Assembly: GCA_020249045.1 (NCBI GenBank)
Contig: JADCGK010000058.1
Span: 133-64,132, forward strand
Origin: Azospirillum sp.
GTDB lineage: Bacteria > Pseudomonadota > Alphaproteobacteria > CACIAM-22H2
Length of the DNA stretch: 64,000 nt
Reading direction: 5' to 3'
The notes under the pieces were generated by a model. It was not told the origin of the DNA and did not search any database. It saw only the letters and a list, made by a program, of their open reading frames with translations. Numbering within the stretch: the first letter of the stretch is position 1; every line of letters starts with the position of its first letter. Position numbers and translations under genes: made by a program. This document shows, piece by piece, positions 1-9,865 of the stretch.

Positions 1-155
1 TCGGCGTCGATCCCGCGCCCCGCCAGAATGCGGGCCACGATCTCCGACACGCCCAGACGCTGGGCGAGCGCCAACGCGACACGGTCCTCGGTCAGCCGGG
101 GCCGCCAAAAGCGGCCCAGCGCGGAAGTCTCGACGCCGAGGACGGCGCCTGTCAC
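1..155 (-). CDS. recJ: Single-stranded DNA exonuclease RecJ, N-terminal fragment (runs off the window)
   Basis: Manual translation from GTG 155 gives MTGAVLGVETSALGRFWRPR...LAQRLGVSEIVARILAGRGI, a typical alphaproteobacterial RecJ N-terminus. GTGA overlap with the glpX stop; hom-glpX-recJ synteny. Confidence 0.85.
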   Translation of the reverse strand, partial: MTGAVLGVETSALGRFWRPRLTEDRVALALAQRLGVSEIVARILAGRGIDA

Positions 156-1123
156 GGCCCGGGCTTGACCGTGTAGTTGTGGGTCGCCTCGATCGTGCGC
201 ACGGTGCCGGTCTTCGAGCGCATCACGATCGAATGCGTCGACGCCCCGCCGTGGAACCGGCGCACGCCCTTGAGCATCGAACCGTCGGTCACGCCGGTCG
301 CCGCGAACATCACGTCGCCCTTGGCGAGATCGGTCGTCGCGTATTTCCGGTTCAGATCGGCGATGCCCATGCGCTTGGCCCGGCCGCGCTCGTCGTCGTT
401 GCGGAACAGCAAACGGCCCTGGATCTGGCCGCCGATGCAGCGCAACGCGGCCGCGGCCAGCACGCCTTCCGGCGCGCCGCCCGAACCCATGTAGATATCC
501 ACGCCCGAATCCGGACGCGACGTGGCGATCACGCCCGACACGTCGCCGTCGGAAATCAGCATGATCCGCGCGCCCGCCTCGCGCACCTTGGCGATGAGTT
601 CGGCGTGCCGCGGCCGGTCGAGGATGCAGGCGACGATGTCGGCCACCTCGACGTCCTTCGCCTTGGCGACCGCCTTCAGGTTTTCGGCGGGTGAGGCGTC
701 CAGATCGACGAGGTTCGCGGGCAGTCCGCCGCCGACGGCGATCTTGTCCATGTAGACGTCCGGCGCGTTGAGGAAGCCGCCGGCCTCGGCCATCGCGACG
801 ACCGCCAGCGCGTTGGGCGCGCCCTTGGCGGTGATCGTCGTGCCTTCGAGCGGGTCGAGCGCGATGTCGACCTTCTGGCCGCCCTGCCCGACCTTCTCGC
901 CGATGAACAGCATCGGCGCTTCATCGCGCTCGCCCTCGCCGATCACGACCGTGCCGTCGATCGGCAGCGCGTTGAGCGCGCGGCGCATGTAGTCGACGGC
1001 CGCTTGGTCGGCGGCTTTCTCGTCGCCGCGGCCCATCAGGCGCGAAGCGGCCAACGCCGCCGCCTCGGTCACGCGCACGACTTCCATGGCGAGGTTGCGG
1101 TCCAGATGTTCGCTGCCGGGCAT
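152..1123 (-). CDS. glpX: Class II fructose-1,6-bisphosphatase
   Basis: Motifs VIGEGERDEAPML, DPLEGT, DGDV, GGAPEGV, FAATGVT. ATG 1123 is preceded by purine-rich AAGAAGGGA. Confidence 0.96.
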   Translation of the reverse strand: MPGSEHLDRNLAMEVVRVTEAAALAASRLMGRGDEKAADQAAVDYMRRALNALPIDGTVVIGEGERDEAPMLFIGEKVGQGGQKVDIALDPLEGTTITAKGAPNALAVVAMAEAGGFLNAPDVYMDKIAVGGGLPANLVDLDASPAENLKAVAKAKDVEVADIVACILDRPRHAELIAKVREAGARIMLISDGDVSGVIATSRPDSGVDIYMGSGGAPEGVLAAAALRCIGGQIQGRLLFRNDDERGRAKRMGIADLNRKYATTDLAKGDVMFAATGVTDGSMLKGVRRFHGGASTHSIVMRSKTGTVRTIEATHNYTVKPGP

Positions 1124-1149
1124 TGCGATTCCCTTCTTTTTGCTTGGCG

Positions 1150-2442
1150 TCACAGGCGTTCGATCCGGACGACGTGCGGATCCTCCAGCACGGCGCCGAG
1201 TTTGGAGATGCGGTCGAGGGCGCGGCGCATCGCCGCCTCCTCAGTCTCGTGGGTCACCAGCACGACGGGCACACGTTCGTCCGGCGCGCGCCCGCGCTGG
1301 AGCATCGAGGCGAGGCTGACGCTTTCGTCGCGCAAGGCGGCGGTCACGTCGGCGATGACGCCGGGCCGGTCGACCACGTCGAGACGGATGTAATAGGACC
1401 CCTTGCGCGCGGCGATCGGCAGACGCGTCGGAGCCGCGAGTTCGGCGGCCGGCAGCTGGAAGGTCATCGGTCGGCGGCCGTGCGCGATGTCGACGAGATC
1501 GGCCACGACGGCCGAGGCGGTGGGACCAGCGCCGGCACCGCGCCCCTCGCACACCAATCGGCCGACGAAATCGCCTTCGGCGACGACCGCGTTGTAGACG
1601 TCCTCGACATGCGCGATGGGCGTTTCGAGGGGGACGAGGCACGGATGCACGCGCTGCATCAGGCCCGCCTCGGTCAACTCGGCGATGCCCAACAGCTTGA
1701 TCCGATAGCCGAGTTCGCGCGCGAACTGGATGTCTTCGGCGCCGATGCGCCGGATGCCCTCGACGTGCACGCCCGCGAAATCGATCCGCGTGCCGAAGGC
1801 CACGCCCGCCAGGATCGCGAGCTTGTGCGCGGCATCGACGCCGTCGACGTCGAAGCTGGGATCGGCTTCGGCATAGCCGAGCTTCTGCGCGTCGGCGAGC
1901 ACGTCAGCGAACGCCTCGCCCGATTTGCGCATCCGCGTGAGGATGTAGTTGCAGGTGCCGTTGAGGATGCCGTAGATGCGCCCGATCCGGTTCGCGGCCA
2001 ATCCTTCGCGGATCGCCTTGATGATGGGAATGCCGCCGGCGACGGCCGCTTCGTAGGCGATGGTCAGGCCCTTCGCTTCCGCCTTCAGCGCGAGTTGCGT
2101 GCCCAGATGGGCGAGCAACGCCTTGTTGGCGGTGACGACGTGCCGACCCCCGTCCAGCGCCGCTTCGACCGTCGCGCGCGCGATCCCGTCTGCGCCGCCG
2201 ATCAATTCGACCACCACGTCGCATTTCGCTTCACGCGCCATGCGGCTCGCGTCGTCGTACCACGCCACGCCCGCGAGATCGGCGCCGCGATCCTTGGCGC
2301 GATCGCGCGCGGCCACCGCGACCACGCGCAGCGGCCGGCCGCCGCGTCGGGCGATCAATGCGCCATTGGTCTGGATCAGTTTGACGACGCCAGCACCGAC
2401 CGTGCCCAGGCCGGCGACGGCAATATCGACGGGCTGGGTCAT
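1150..2442 (-). CDS. hom: Homoserine dehydrogenase with C-terminal ACT domain
   Basis: GLGTVG Rossmann motif, VVTANKALLA, EAAVAGGIP, GILNGTCNYIL, GAGAGPTASAV. ATGA overlap with the upstream aminotransferase. Confidence 0.96.
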   Translation of the reverse strand: MTQPVDIAVAGLGTVGAGVVKLIQTNGALIARRGGRPLRVVAVAARDRAKDRGADLAGVAWYDDASRMAREAKCDVVVELIGGADGIARATVEAALDGGRHVVTANKALLAHLGTQLALKAEAKGLTIAYEAAVAGGIPIIKAIREGLAANRIGRIYGILNGTCNYILTRMRKSGEAFADVLADAQKLGYAEADPSFDVDGVDAAHKLAILAGVAFGTRIDFAGVHVEGIRRIGAEDIQFARELGYRIKLLGIAELTEAGLMQRVHPCLVPLETPIAHVEDVYNAVVAEGDFVGRLVCEGRGAGAGPTASAVVADLVDIAHGRRPMTFQLPAAELAAPTRLPIAARKGSYYIRLDVVDRPGVIADVTAALRDESVSLASMLQRGRAPDERVPVVLVTHETEEAAMRRALDRISKLGAVLEDPHVVRIERL

Positions 2443-3680
2443 GCGGTCTTCTTCGCGATCTTCTGCGTGGGCGGTTCGGGCAAGCGGTCGGGCGTCGCGA
2501 AGAACGCCTTGATTTGGCGCACCGCTTGACGGATGCGATGGACGTTTTCCACCAGCGCCAAGCGCACATGCGTATCGCCGTATTCGCCGAACCCGATGCC
2601 GGGCGATACGGCGACGTTCGCCCCGGCCATCAACCGCTTGGCGAATTCCAGCGAGCCTAAATGGGCGAATTGCGGCGGGATCGGCGCCCAGGCGAACATC
2701 GAGGCCGGCGGGCTCGGCACGTTCCAGCCGGCTTGCGCGAGGCCCTGGATCAGAACGTCGCGCCGCTGGCGATAGGTTTCGCGCGCCTCGGCCACGCAAT
2801 CCTGCGGGCCGTTCAGGGCGGCGGCGGCCGCGACCTGGACGGGCGTGAACGCGCCGTAGTCGAGATAGCTTTTGATCCGCGAGAGCGCCTTGATGAGCGT
2901 CTTGTTGCCCGCGGCGAAGCCCACGCGCCAACCGGCCATCGAATAGGTCTTCGACATCGACGTGAACTCGATGGCCACGTCCTTCGCGCCGGGAATCTGC
3001 AGGATCGACGGCGGCGGATTGCCGTCGAAATAGATTTCCGAATAGGCGAGGTCGGACAGGATCCAAATCCCGTGCGCGCGGCAATAGCCGACGCAGCGCT
3101 CGTAGAAGCCGAGATCGACGACCTGCGCCGTCGGGTTGGACGGATAGTTCAGGATCAGCGCCAGCGGCTTGGGCACCGAATGCTTCACCGCGCGTTCGAG
3201 GCTGGCGAAAAACACCTCGACGCCCTCGGGCGTGGAAACGTCGGTCGGCAGGTGGCGGATCGAGGCGCCCGCCATGATGAAGCCGTAGGGATGGATCGGG
3301 TAGCTCGGGTTCGGCACCAGGATCACGTCGCCGGGGCTGGTGATCGCCTGGGCGAGATTGGCAAGACCTTCCTTCGAGCCGAGCGTGACGATCGTCTCGT
3401 TCTCCGGGTCGAGGTCGACACCGAAGCGCCGCGCGTAATAGGCCGCGTGCGCCTTGCGCAAGCCCGGAATGCCGCGCGACACCGAGTAGCGGTGCGTGCG
3501 CGGGTCCTGAACGGCTTCGGACAGCTTTGCGACAATATGCGCGGGCGTGGGCAAGTCGGGATTGCCCATTCCCAGATCGACGACGTCGTCGCCCACGGCG
3601 CGTGCCTTGGCCTTCTGCGCGTTCACTTCGGCGAACACGTAGGGCGGCAAACGCTTGATGCGATAGAACTCGTCGTTCAT
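2439..3680 (-). CDS. PLP-dependent class I aminotransferase (LL-DAP aminotransferase / AlaC-like)
   Basis: RIKRLPPYVF, DLGMGNPD, YPSNPT, DLAY, SMSKTYSMAGWRVG (PLP lysine). Conserved position upstream of hom. Confidence 0.92.
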   Translation of the reverse strand: MNDEFYRIKRLPPYVFAEVNAQKAKARAVGDDVVDLGMGNPDLPTPAHIVAKLSEAVQDPRTHRYSVSRGIPGLRKAHAAYYARRFGVDLDPENETIVTLGSKEGLANLAQAITSPGDVILVPNPSYPIHPYGFIMAGASIRHLPTDVSTPEGVEVFFASLERAVKHSVPKPLALILNYPSNPTAQVVDLGFYERCVGYCRAHGIWILSDLAYSEIYFDGNPPPSILQIPGAKDVAIEFTSMSKTYSMAGWRVGFAAGNKTLIKALSRIKSYLDYGAFTPVQVAAAAALNGPQDCVAEARETYRQRRDVLIQGLAQAGWNVPSPPASMFAWAPIPPQFAHLGSLEFAKRLMAGANVAVSPGIGFGEYGDTHVRLALVENVHRIRQAVRQIKAFFATPDRLPEPPTQKIAKKTA

Positions 3681-3865
3681 GGCGCGGATCGACCTTCCGG
3701 AATCGGCCCCCCACGGGCCGGGTGGGCTTATCTACAATGGGCGCAAACCCCGCGCATCCGAAAAACGGGGTGCCCTAAATATCTGTCCGAACAATCGAAT
3801 TTCCGCAAATCCGCCATGTCCGGGCGGCGGTTGACCGCGCGCCCTTCCCCGGCGGAGATACCGTC

Positions 3866-4600
3866 ATGACGGGAACGGCGGTCCACACGAGTTGGGACGG
3901 CGTCAAACGCGGATTTTGGCGCGCGCAGCCGATGGCCGTGGGCGTTTTCGTCTACGGCGTCGCCTTCGGTCTGCTGGCCCGCGAAGCGGGCATCTTGCTT
4001 GCCGAAGCGTCGGCGATGTCGATGGCGGTCTACTCGGGCTCGGCGCAGTTGGCGGCGGCGAGCGCCATCACGCTGACCGGGATCGACGGCGGCGGCCTCG
4101 GCGGCATCGGCGCCATCGTGGCGGCGATCCTGCTTTTGAACGCGCGGTATTTGCTCTACTCGGCGGCGTTGTGGCCGTGGCTGTCGAAGACGCCCGCACG
4201 CGTGACCTATCCGACGCTGTTCGTACTCGGCGACGGCAATTGGGTTCTGTCGATGGCCGCCTACAATGCCGGCGAACGCGACGCGGGCTTTCTGCTCGGC
4301 TCGGGTCTCGCCTCGTTCGTGCCCTGGTTGCTCGGCACGCTGCTGGGGGCGAGTGCGGGCGCCTTGCTTGCCGATCCCAAACTTCTCGGTCTCGATTTTC
4401 TGCTCGTCGCGTTCTCGGCGGCTATGGGCATCGGGTTGGCGCGCGCACCCTTGCCGTGGCCGAACATCCTCGCGGCGGCGGCGACGGCGCTCGTCGTCGA
4501 TCGGCTCGCCCCCGGTGGCTGGACGATCGTCGCCGCCGGGATCGCGGGCGGGATCGCGACCGCGTTGACCCACCGTCCGAGCACGCGGGCCAAGTCATGA
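3866..4600 (+). CDS. azlC: AzlC-family branched-chain amino acid export permease
   Basis: YGVAFGLLA, YSGSAQLA, LLNARYLLYSAAL, GLDF motifs; hydrophobic. Confidence 0.88.
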   Translation: MTGTAVHTSWDGVKRGFWRAQPMAVGVFVYGVAFGLLAREAGILLAEASAMSMAVYSGSAQLAAASAITLTGIDGGGLGGIGAIVAAILLLNARYLLYSAALWPWLSKTPARVTYPTLFVLGDGNWVLSMAAYNAGERDAGFLLGSGLASFVPWLLGTLLGASAGALLADPKLLGLDFLLVAFSAAMGIGLARAPLPWPNILAAAATALVVDRLAPGGWTIVAAGIAGGIATALTHRPSTRAKS

Positions 4601-4902
4601 GTTTCCGGCCCGAGTTCCTGCCGCTGCTCGCCGCGATGGCGGCGGCCGCCTATTTTTGCCGGGTCGGCGGCTTCTGGCTGATGCGTTTCGTGCGCGTCAC
4701 GCCGCGCGTGGAGGCGGCGCTCAAAGCCACGCCGCTCGCCGTGATGATCGGCATCGTGTTGCCCGCGGCGTTGCGCGGGGGCCCCGCCGAGTGGCTCGCG
4801 CTCTGCGCTATCGCGCTGACGATGCGGTTCTGGCGCAACGACGTCGCCGCGGCGATGGTCGGCGTCGCGGTCGTCGCGGTGTCGCGCGGGTTCGTGGTCT
4901 AG
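4597..4902 (+). CDS. azlD: AzlD-family small membrane subunit
   Basis: MSFRPEFLPLLAAMAAAAYFCRVGGFWLM...; about 101 aa hydrophobic; ATGA coupling to azlC. Confidence 0.82.
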   Translation: MSFRPEFLPLLAAMAAAAYFCRVGGFWLMRFVRVTPRVEAALKATPLAVMIGIVLPAALRGGPAEWLALCAIALTMRFWRNDVAAAMVGVAVVAVSRGFVV

Positions 4903-5879
4903 TATTCGACGGCGACGCGCGCGGCGCGTAACCAACCCTGATCGACCGTATAGCGCCCGCGTTCGAGGCCGAGTTCCTCGAGCTCGATCGCGATCGCGGC
5001 CATGCGCCGGGACGTGAGGCTCTGATCCTGCGGCGACAAGGCGGGCGTGGGCACGGGCGACACGCGAACCGTGCCGTTGCGCGACTGTGCCGCGATGACG
5101 GCGGCCCGCAAATCGCGCCGGCTGTCAACGGTCAGTTGCGCCGTCCCGTCGACGAAGGTGACTTGGCCGACGACGTAAGCGGCGGCGGCAGGCCCGCGCG
5201 CGGCCGACACCGGCGCGCGCAACGGCGGTGCAGCCTGCGGGACGGGCGCCGGGGCCGGCGGCACTACGACCGGTGCCGGCGCAAGCGGCGGGCGCAGTTG
5301 CGGTGCTGCTTGCGCCACCGGGGCCGCCGCGACCAGCGGCGCGGATGTCGTGGCGGGTATGGGCGCCGGGGCCGGTGCGCGCGCCGGCATCGGTGCAGGC
5401 GTGGCGACCGGCATCGGCGCGGGCGTCATCGCGGGTGCCGGTGATGGCGCCGGAGCGGGCGCAGGCGTCGGTGCAGGTGCTGGCGCCCCCGCCATCGCGG
5501 CGAGTGCCGGCGGCTCGGGCGGCCGCGCGCTGGGATCGAGCACGGGATCGATGGCGCGCAAGCGCTCGTCGAACGCGCGGGCGGCGGCGCGTTGCTCTTC
5601 GAGCGTGCGGACCTGCCCCGCCCGCACGTCGGCGCCGCCACGCGGCGGCACCGGCGGAAATCCGCCGATATGCGGATAGGGCGCGTTGCCCGGGTCGGGC
5701 GCTTCGAGCGGCGCGCGATCCTCCGCGACGGTTCCGCCGATCAATCGATCGACGGCATCGGCCGTCGCGCGCGCGCCGCCCACCACGTTGCGGGTGACGA
5801 AACCGTCCGAACCGCACGCGCCGAGCATTGCAAGCCCAAGAAACGCAACGAAGAATCGGGATTTAGGATGTTGCAACAT
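4899..5879 (-). CDS. Pro/Ala-rich lipoprotein with degenerate OmpA-like C-terminal domain
   Basis: Lipobox LGAC, long PAPAP linker, C-terminus VTFVDGTAQL...LTSRRMAAIAIELEELGL...ARVAVEY. Start placed at ATG 5879 from promoter spacing (5897 is an alternative). Confidence 0.65.
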   Translation of the reverse strand: MLQHPKSRFFVAFLGLAMLGACGSDGFVTRNVVGGARATADAVDRLIGGTVAEDRAPLEAPDPGNAPYPHIGGFPPVPPRGGADVRAGQVRTLEEQRAAARAFDERLRAIDPVLDPSARPPEPPALAAMAGAPAPAPTPAPAPAPSPAPAMTPAPMPVATPAPMPARAPAPAPIPATTSAPLVAAAPVAQAAPQLRPPLAPAPVVVPPAPAPVPQAAPPLRAPVSAARGPAAAAYVVGQVTFVDGTAQLTVDSRRDLRAAVIAAQSRNGTVRVSPVPTPALSPQDQSLTSRRMAAIAIELEELGLERGRYTVDQGWLRAARVAVEY

Positions 5880-5932
5880 CCGGCGAGTTATACTCATATG
5901 AACGAGAATGCGCCAGTCGTTGGGGAACCGCC

Positions 5933-7723
5933 ATGGCCGACAAACCCGATCGCGAAGCTAAAATGCCCGATCCGCTGCAGATGTCGCAGATGATGACCGA
6001 CATCGCCGAACGCAGCCAGCGCGTTGTCGCCGATTTCCTGTCGCGCCAATCGCCGATGGCGTTCGGCAATCCCGACCCGCTCAATCTCGGCCAAGCGTTC
6101 TTCGACATGACCGCGCGGATGATGCAGAACCCCGCGAAACTGGTCCAAGCGCAGATCTCGCTCTGGCAGGACTACATGTCCCTGTGGCAGTCGACCACGC
6201 GCAAAATGCTGGGCGAGCCGTCCGAACCCGTCGCCACGCCCGCGGCCGACGACCGGCGCTTCAAGGACGCGCTGTGGGACGAGAACTACGTTTTCGATTT
6301 CATCAAGCAGTCCTATCTGCTGTCCGCGCGCTGGCTGCAAGGCCGCGTGAAGGAGGTCGAAGGCCTCGACGACAAAACCGCGCGGAAGGTCGATTTCTAT
6401 ACGCGCCAATTCGTCGACGCGATGGCGCCGTCGAACTTCGCGATGACCAACCCCGAGGTCGTGCGCGAGACGCTGGATACCGGCGGCGAGAACCTGGTCA
6501 AGGGGCTGCAGAACCTGCTCGGCGATCTGGAACGCGGCAAGGGCAAGCTGCAGATCCGCATGACCGACATGGACGCCTTCCGCGTGGGCGAGAACATCGC
6601 CGTCACGCCGGGCGCGGTCGTCTACCGCAACGATTTGATGGAGTTGATCCACTACAAACCGACGACCGAAACCGTCGTCAAGGCCCCGCTGCTGATCGTG
6701 CCGCCGTGGATCAACAAGTTCTACATCCTCGATCTGCGCGAGAAGAACAGCTTCATCAAATGGGCCGTCGATCAGGGTCATTCGGTGTTCGTCATCTCGT
6801 GGGTCAACCCCGATGCCGAACTCGCCGAAAAAAGCTTCGACGACTACATGGTGGAAGGGCCGCTCGCGGCAATGGACGCCATCGAGAAGGCGACCGGCGA
6901 ACGCCAGGTGGACATCATCGGCTATTGCCTGGGCGGCACGCTGACGGCGTGCACACTCGCCTATCTCGCCGCCAAGGGCGAAAAGCGCGTCGCCTCGGCG
7001 ACGTTCTTCACGACGATGGTGGACTTCGAGGAGGCGGGCGAATTGTCAGTGTTCATCGACGAGGAGCAGTTGGCCGCCATCGAGGAGAAGATGAACGAGC
7101 GCGGCTTCCTCGACGGCGCCGAGATGGCGAGCACCTTCAACATGCTGCGCGCCAACGATCTGATCTGGTCGTTCGTCGTGAACAACTATCTGCTGGGCAA
7201 GGAGCCGTTCCCGTTCGATCTGCTCTATTGGAACTCGGATTCCACGCGGATGCCCGCGGCGATGCACTCGTTCTATCTGCGCCAGATGTACCAGGAGAAC
7301 CGCCTGTCGCGCGGCAAGATCAAGCTGCTCGGCACGAAGATCGACCTGACGAAGATCGACGTGCCGGTCTTCATCCTCTCGACGCGCGAGGACCATATCG
7401 CGCCGTGGAAATCGACCTACGTGGCGACGCAGCTCTATACCGGCCCGACGACCTTCTGCCTCGCGGCTTCCGGCCATATCGCGGGCGTGGTGAACCCGCC
7501 CGCGGGCAACAAATATTGCCATTGGACCAGCGACAAATTGCCGAAGAAGCCCGATCAGTGGCTGGAGAGCGCCACGCAGCACCCGGGCTCCTGGTGGCCG
7601 ACTTGGGACGCGTGGGTGAAGGGCTTCGCGGGCGAGCAAGTGCCCGCGCGTTCGCCCGGCGAGGGCAAGCTGAAGGTGATCGGCCCCGCCCCGGGCAGCT
7701 ACGTGAAAGTCAAAGCGCAATAA
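5933..7723 (+). CDS. phaC: Class I poly(3-hydroxyalkanoate) synthase
   Basis: Lipase box GYCLGG, PPWINKFYILDL, EDHIAPW, SGHIAGVVNPP, GSWW. Confidence 0.97.
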   Translation: MADKPDREAKMPDPLQMSQMMTDIAERSQRVVADFLSRQSPMAFGNPDPLNLGQAFFDMTARMMQNPAKLVQAQISLWQDYMSLWQSTTRKMLGEPSEPVATPAADDRRFKDALWDENYVFDFIKQSYLLSARWLQGRVKEVEGLDDKTARKVDFYTRQFVDAMAPSNFAMTNPEVVRETLDTGGENLVKGLQNLLGDLERGKGKLQIRMTDMDAFRVGENIAVTPGAVVYRNDLMELIHYKPTTETVVKAPLLIVPPWINKFYILDLREKNSFIKWAVDQGHSVFVISWVNPDAELAEKSFDDYMVEGPLAAMDAIEKATGERQVDIIGYCLGGTLTACTLAYLAAKGEKRVASATFFTTMVDFEEAGELSVFIDEEQLAAIEEKMNERGFLDGAEMASTFNMLRANDLIWSFVVNNYLLGKEPFPFDLLYWNSDSTRMPAAMHSFYLRQMYQENRLSRGKIKLLGTKIDLTKIDVPVFILSTREDHIAPWKSTYVATQLYTGPTTFCLAASGHIAGVVNPPAGNKYCHWTSDKLPKKPDQWLESATQHPGSWWPTWDAWVKGFAGEQVPARSPGEGKLKVIGPAPGSYVKVKAQ

Positions 7724-7801
7724 GCCCCTCGACCCTGTGGATCGCGACCGCGAAACGTCATATAAAGCGCGTCGCGATTTTTCACGGAAGGAGCGGTTAA
7801 A

Positions 7802-8830
7802 ATGAGCGACGCGCGCGGCTACTCGGTCGCGGTCGTCGGCGCCACCGGCGCCGTCGGGATCGAGATGGTGAAGGTTCTCCACGACCGGCATTTTCCGATC
7901 GCGGACTTGAAACTCCTTGCCTCGGCGCGCTCGGCCTCGAAAAAGGTCGCCACCCCCTATGGCGAGAAGACCATCGAGGAATTCTCCCTCGCCGCCACGA
8001 AGGGCGTCGATTTCGCGCTGCTCGCCGTCTCGGGCGAATTCGCCAAGGAATGGGCTCCGCAGATCGCCGCGCAAGGCACGACGGTCATCGACAACTCGTC
8101 GGCGTGGCGCTACGACCCCGCCATTCCGCTGGTGGTGCCGGAGATCAACGCCGCCGCCGCGCAAGGCCATCGCCTGATCGCCAATCCCAACTGCACGACC
8201 GCGATCCTGGTCATGCCGCTGTGGCCGTTGCACAAGCTGTTCGGCCTCAAGCGCGTGATCGTGTCGACCTATCAGGCGGCCTCGGGCGCCGGTGCCGAAG
8301 GCATGGCGGAACTCGAGGACGGCTATCGCGCGTGGGCGCGGGGGGAGAAGGTCGAAAACAAGGTCTTCGCCCATCCCCTTCCCTTCAACGTGATCCCGCA
8401 CATCGACGCGTTCCAGGAGAACGGCTACACGAAGGAGGAGATGAAGGTCGTCTGGGAAAGCCGCAAGATCATGGGCATTCCCGAATTGCAGGCGAGTTGC
8501 ACGGCCGTGCGCATCCCCACTTCGCGCACCCATTCCGAAGCCGTCACGATCGAGACCGAGCGGCCGATCACGCCGGACTCCGCGCGCGCCGCACTCAGCG
8601 GCGTGCCGGGTTTGAAGCTCGTCGACGATCCGGCCGGCAAGCGCTATCCGATGCCGGTGACGGCGACGGGCAAATACGACGTGGAAGTCGGCCGCATCCG
8701 CCAAAGCCTCGTCTTCGGCGCGCACGGCCTCGACTTCTTCTGTGCGGGCGACCAATTGCTGAAGGGGGCGGCCCTCAACGCGGTGCAGATCGCCGAATGC
8801 CTCCTGCCCGGCATGCGCAAAGCCGCCTGA
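7802..8830 (+). CDS. asd: Aspartate-semialdehyde dehydrogenase
   Basis: [24 protein letters not shown] (catalytic Cys), [31 protein letters not shown]. Confidence 0.96.
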   Translation: MSDARGYSVAVVGATGAVGIEMVKVLHDRHFPIADLKLLASARSASKKVATPYGEKTIEEFSLAATKGVDFALLAVSGEFAKEWAPQIAAQGTTVIDNSSAWRYDPAIPLVVPEINAAAAQGHRLIANPNCTTAILVMPLWPLHKLFGLKRVIVSTYQAASGAGAEGMAELEDGYRAWARGEKVENKVFAHPLPFNVIPHIDAFQENGYTKEEMKVVWESRKIMGIPELQASCTAVRIPTSRTHSEAVTIETERPITPDSARAALSGVPGLKLVDDPAGKRYPMPVTATGKYDVEVGRIRQSLVFGAHGLDFFCAGDQLLKGAALNAVQIAECLLPGMRKAA

Positions 8831-8854
8831 TTTTCCGCACTTTCCGACTCACCG

Positions 8855-8893
8855 ACCGGCGCATAGACTTGCCTCTATGCGCCGGTTTTTTTT
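8855..8893 (+). terminator. Rho-independent terminator after asd, overlapping the next start codon
   Basis: Perfect 13-bp stem ACCGGCGCATAGA-cttgcc-TCTATGCGCCGGT followed by seven T. Confidence 0.88.
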
Positions 8894-9362
8894 CGTCCTC
8901 GTCCTTTTGCTCGCACCGCCCGCGCACGCGCAAAGCGTCGCAACGCTGATCGACGGCGAACTGGGCGACGCGCTCGCCCGCCTCGCCCGCGAAGCGGGCC
9001 GAAGCGCGGTCGAACGGCAGTTCGGGCCCGCCTACGCCGCCGATTGGTGGCGCGCGACCGAGGCGGTGCACGCCAATGCGCGGCGATGGGCGGCTTACAT
9101 GGACGACCAAGGCCCGGCTTGCGCGGCAATCCGCACGCGCGAGGGCGATGCTTCGTCGGCCTGGGCGACCTGCGAGGCGGGCTTGCGCGAGGCCGCGCAA
9201 GCCATGCGCGCCGACCTCGACCAGATCGAAGCCGCCTTGCCCGATTGGGAACGCATGGTGCGCACGATCGACACGGCCAACACGCTGGTCACGCCGACCG
9301 TCGACGCCGCCCTGGCCGCGATCCGCGCCGCGCGCGGTCGCCTCGCGGATTCCGGTTACTGA
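8877..9362 (+). CDS. Hypothetical secreted helical protein
   Basis: Signal peptide MRRFFFVLVLLLAPPAHA|Q; 161 aa with two Cys; fills the gap between asd and the convergent gamma-CA gene. Confidence 0.65.
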   Translation: MRRFFFVLVLLLAPPAHAQSVATLIDGELGDALARLAREAGRSAVERQFGPAYAADWWRATEAVHANARRWAAYMDDQGPACAAIRTREGDASSAWATCEAGLREAAQAMRADLDQIEAALPDWERMVRTIDTANTLVTPTVDAALAAIRAARGRLADSGY

Positions 9363-9865
9363 GCTTTGTATTCCCGCCCGAGACCGACGTAGCGGCGCAT
9401 CGCGGTTTCGGCGCCCTCGCGTTCGTCGGCGGTGACCGCGCGGAAGAACTTGGCGGGGCTGCCGGCCCAAAGCTCGCCCGACTTCACGCGTTTGCCGGGC
9501 GTGACCAACGCGCCCGCGGCGACCCAGCCGCCCTTCTCCACCACGGCGCCGTCCATCACGCACGCCTTCATGCCGATGAAGGCGTCGTCCTCGACCGTGC
9601 ACCCGTGCAGCAAGGCGAGATGCCCAACGGTCACGCGCGCGCCGATATAGGTGCCGAATTTCTCGTACGAACAATGGATGACGGCGCCATCCTGCACGTT
9701 CGTATCGGCACCGATGCGGATTTCGTGCACGTCCCCGCGCACCACGACGCCGAACCAGATCGAGGCGCGCGCGCCGATCTCGACGTTGCCGATCACGCGC
9801 GCGGTGTCAGCCACGAACGCCGTCGCGTCGATCTTCGGCGTCCAGTCGCGATAAGCGATCGTCAA
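9356..9865 (-). CDS. Gamma carbonic anhydrase / YrdA-like hexapeptide-repeat protein
   Basis: [40 protein letters not shown] start overlaps the argC stop (TTGA). Confidence 0.9.
   Translation of the reverse strand: MTIAYRDWTPKIDATAFVADTARVIGNVEIGARASIWFGVVVRGDVHEIRIGADTNVQDGAVIHCSYEKFGTYIGARVTVGHLALLHGCTVEDDAFIGMKACVMDGAVVEKGGWVAAGALVTPGKRVKSGELWAGSPAKFFRAVTADEREGAETAMRRYVGLGREYKAQ

Noticed and set aside
1150-3714. Apparent 854-aa extended Hom, and similar extensions of TctC (792 aa), Eno (894 aa), RpsI and gamma-CA
   Set aside because: The extensions are off-frame reads of upstream genes; the real starts are supported by stop/start overlaps, RBSs or family N-termini. No evidence for fusion or frameshift.
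3776-3785. TAAATATCTG 10-mer also present at 27022-27031
   Set aside because: Only two copies, upstream of unrelated genes; may be IHF-like or chance AT-rich promoter sequence.
5230-5500. Repetitive GC-rich tract (similar ones near 26580-26860 and 59270-59400)
   Set aside because: Encodes Pro/Ala/Gln low-complexity linkers; no constant repeat-spacer structure, so not CRISPR or a VNTR.
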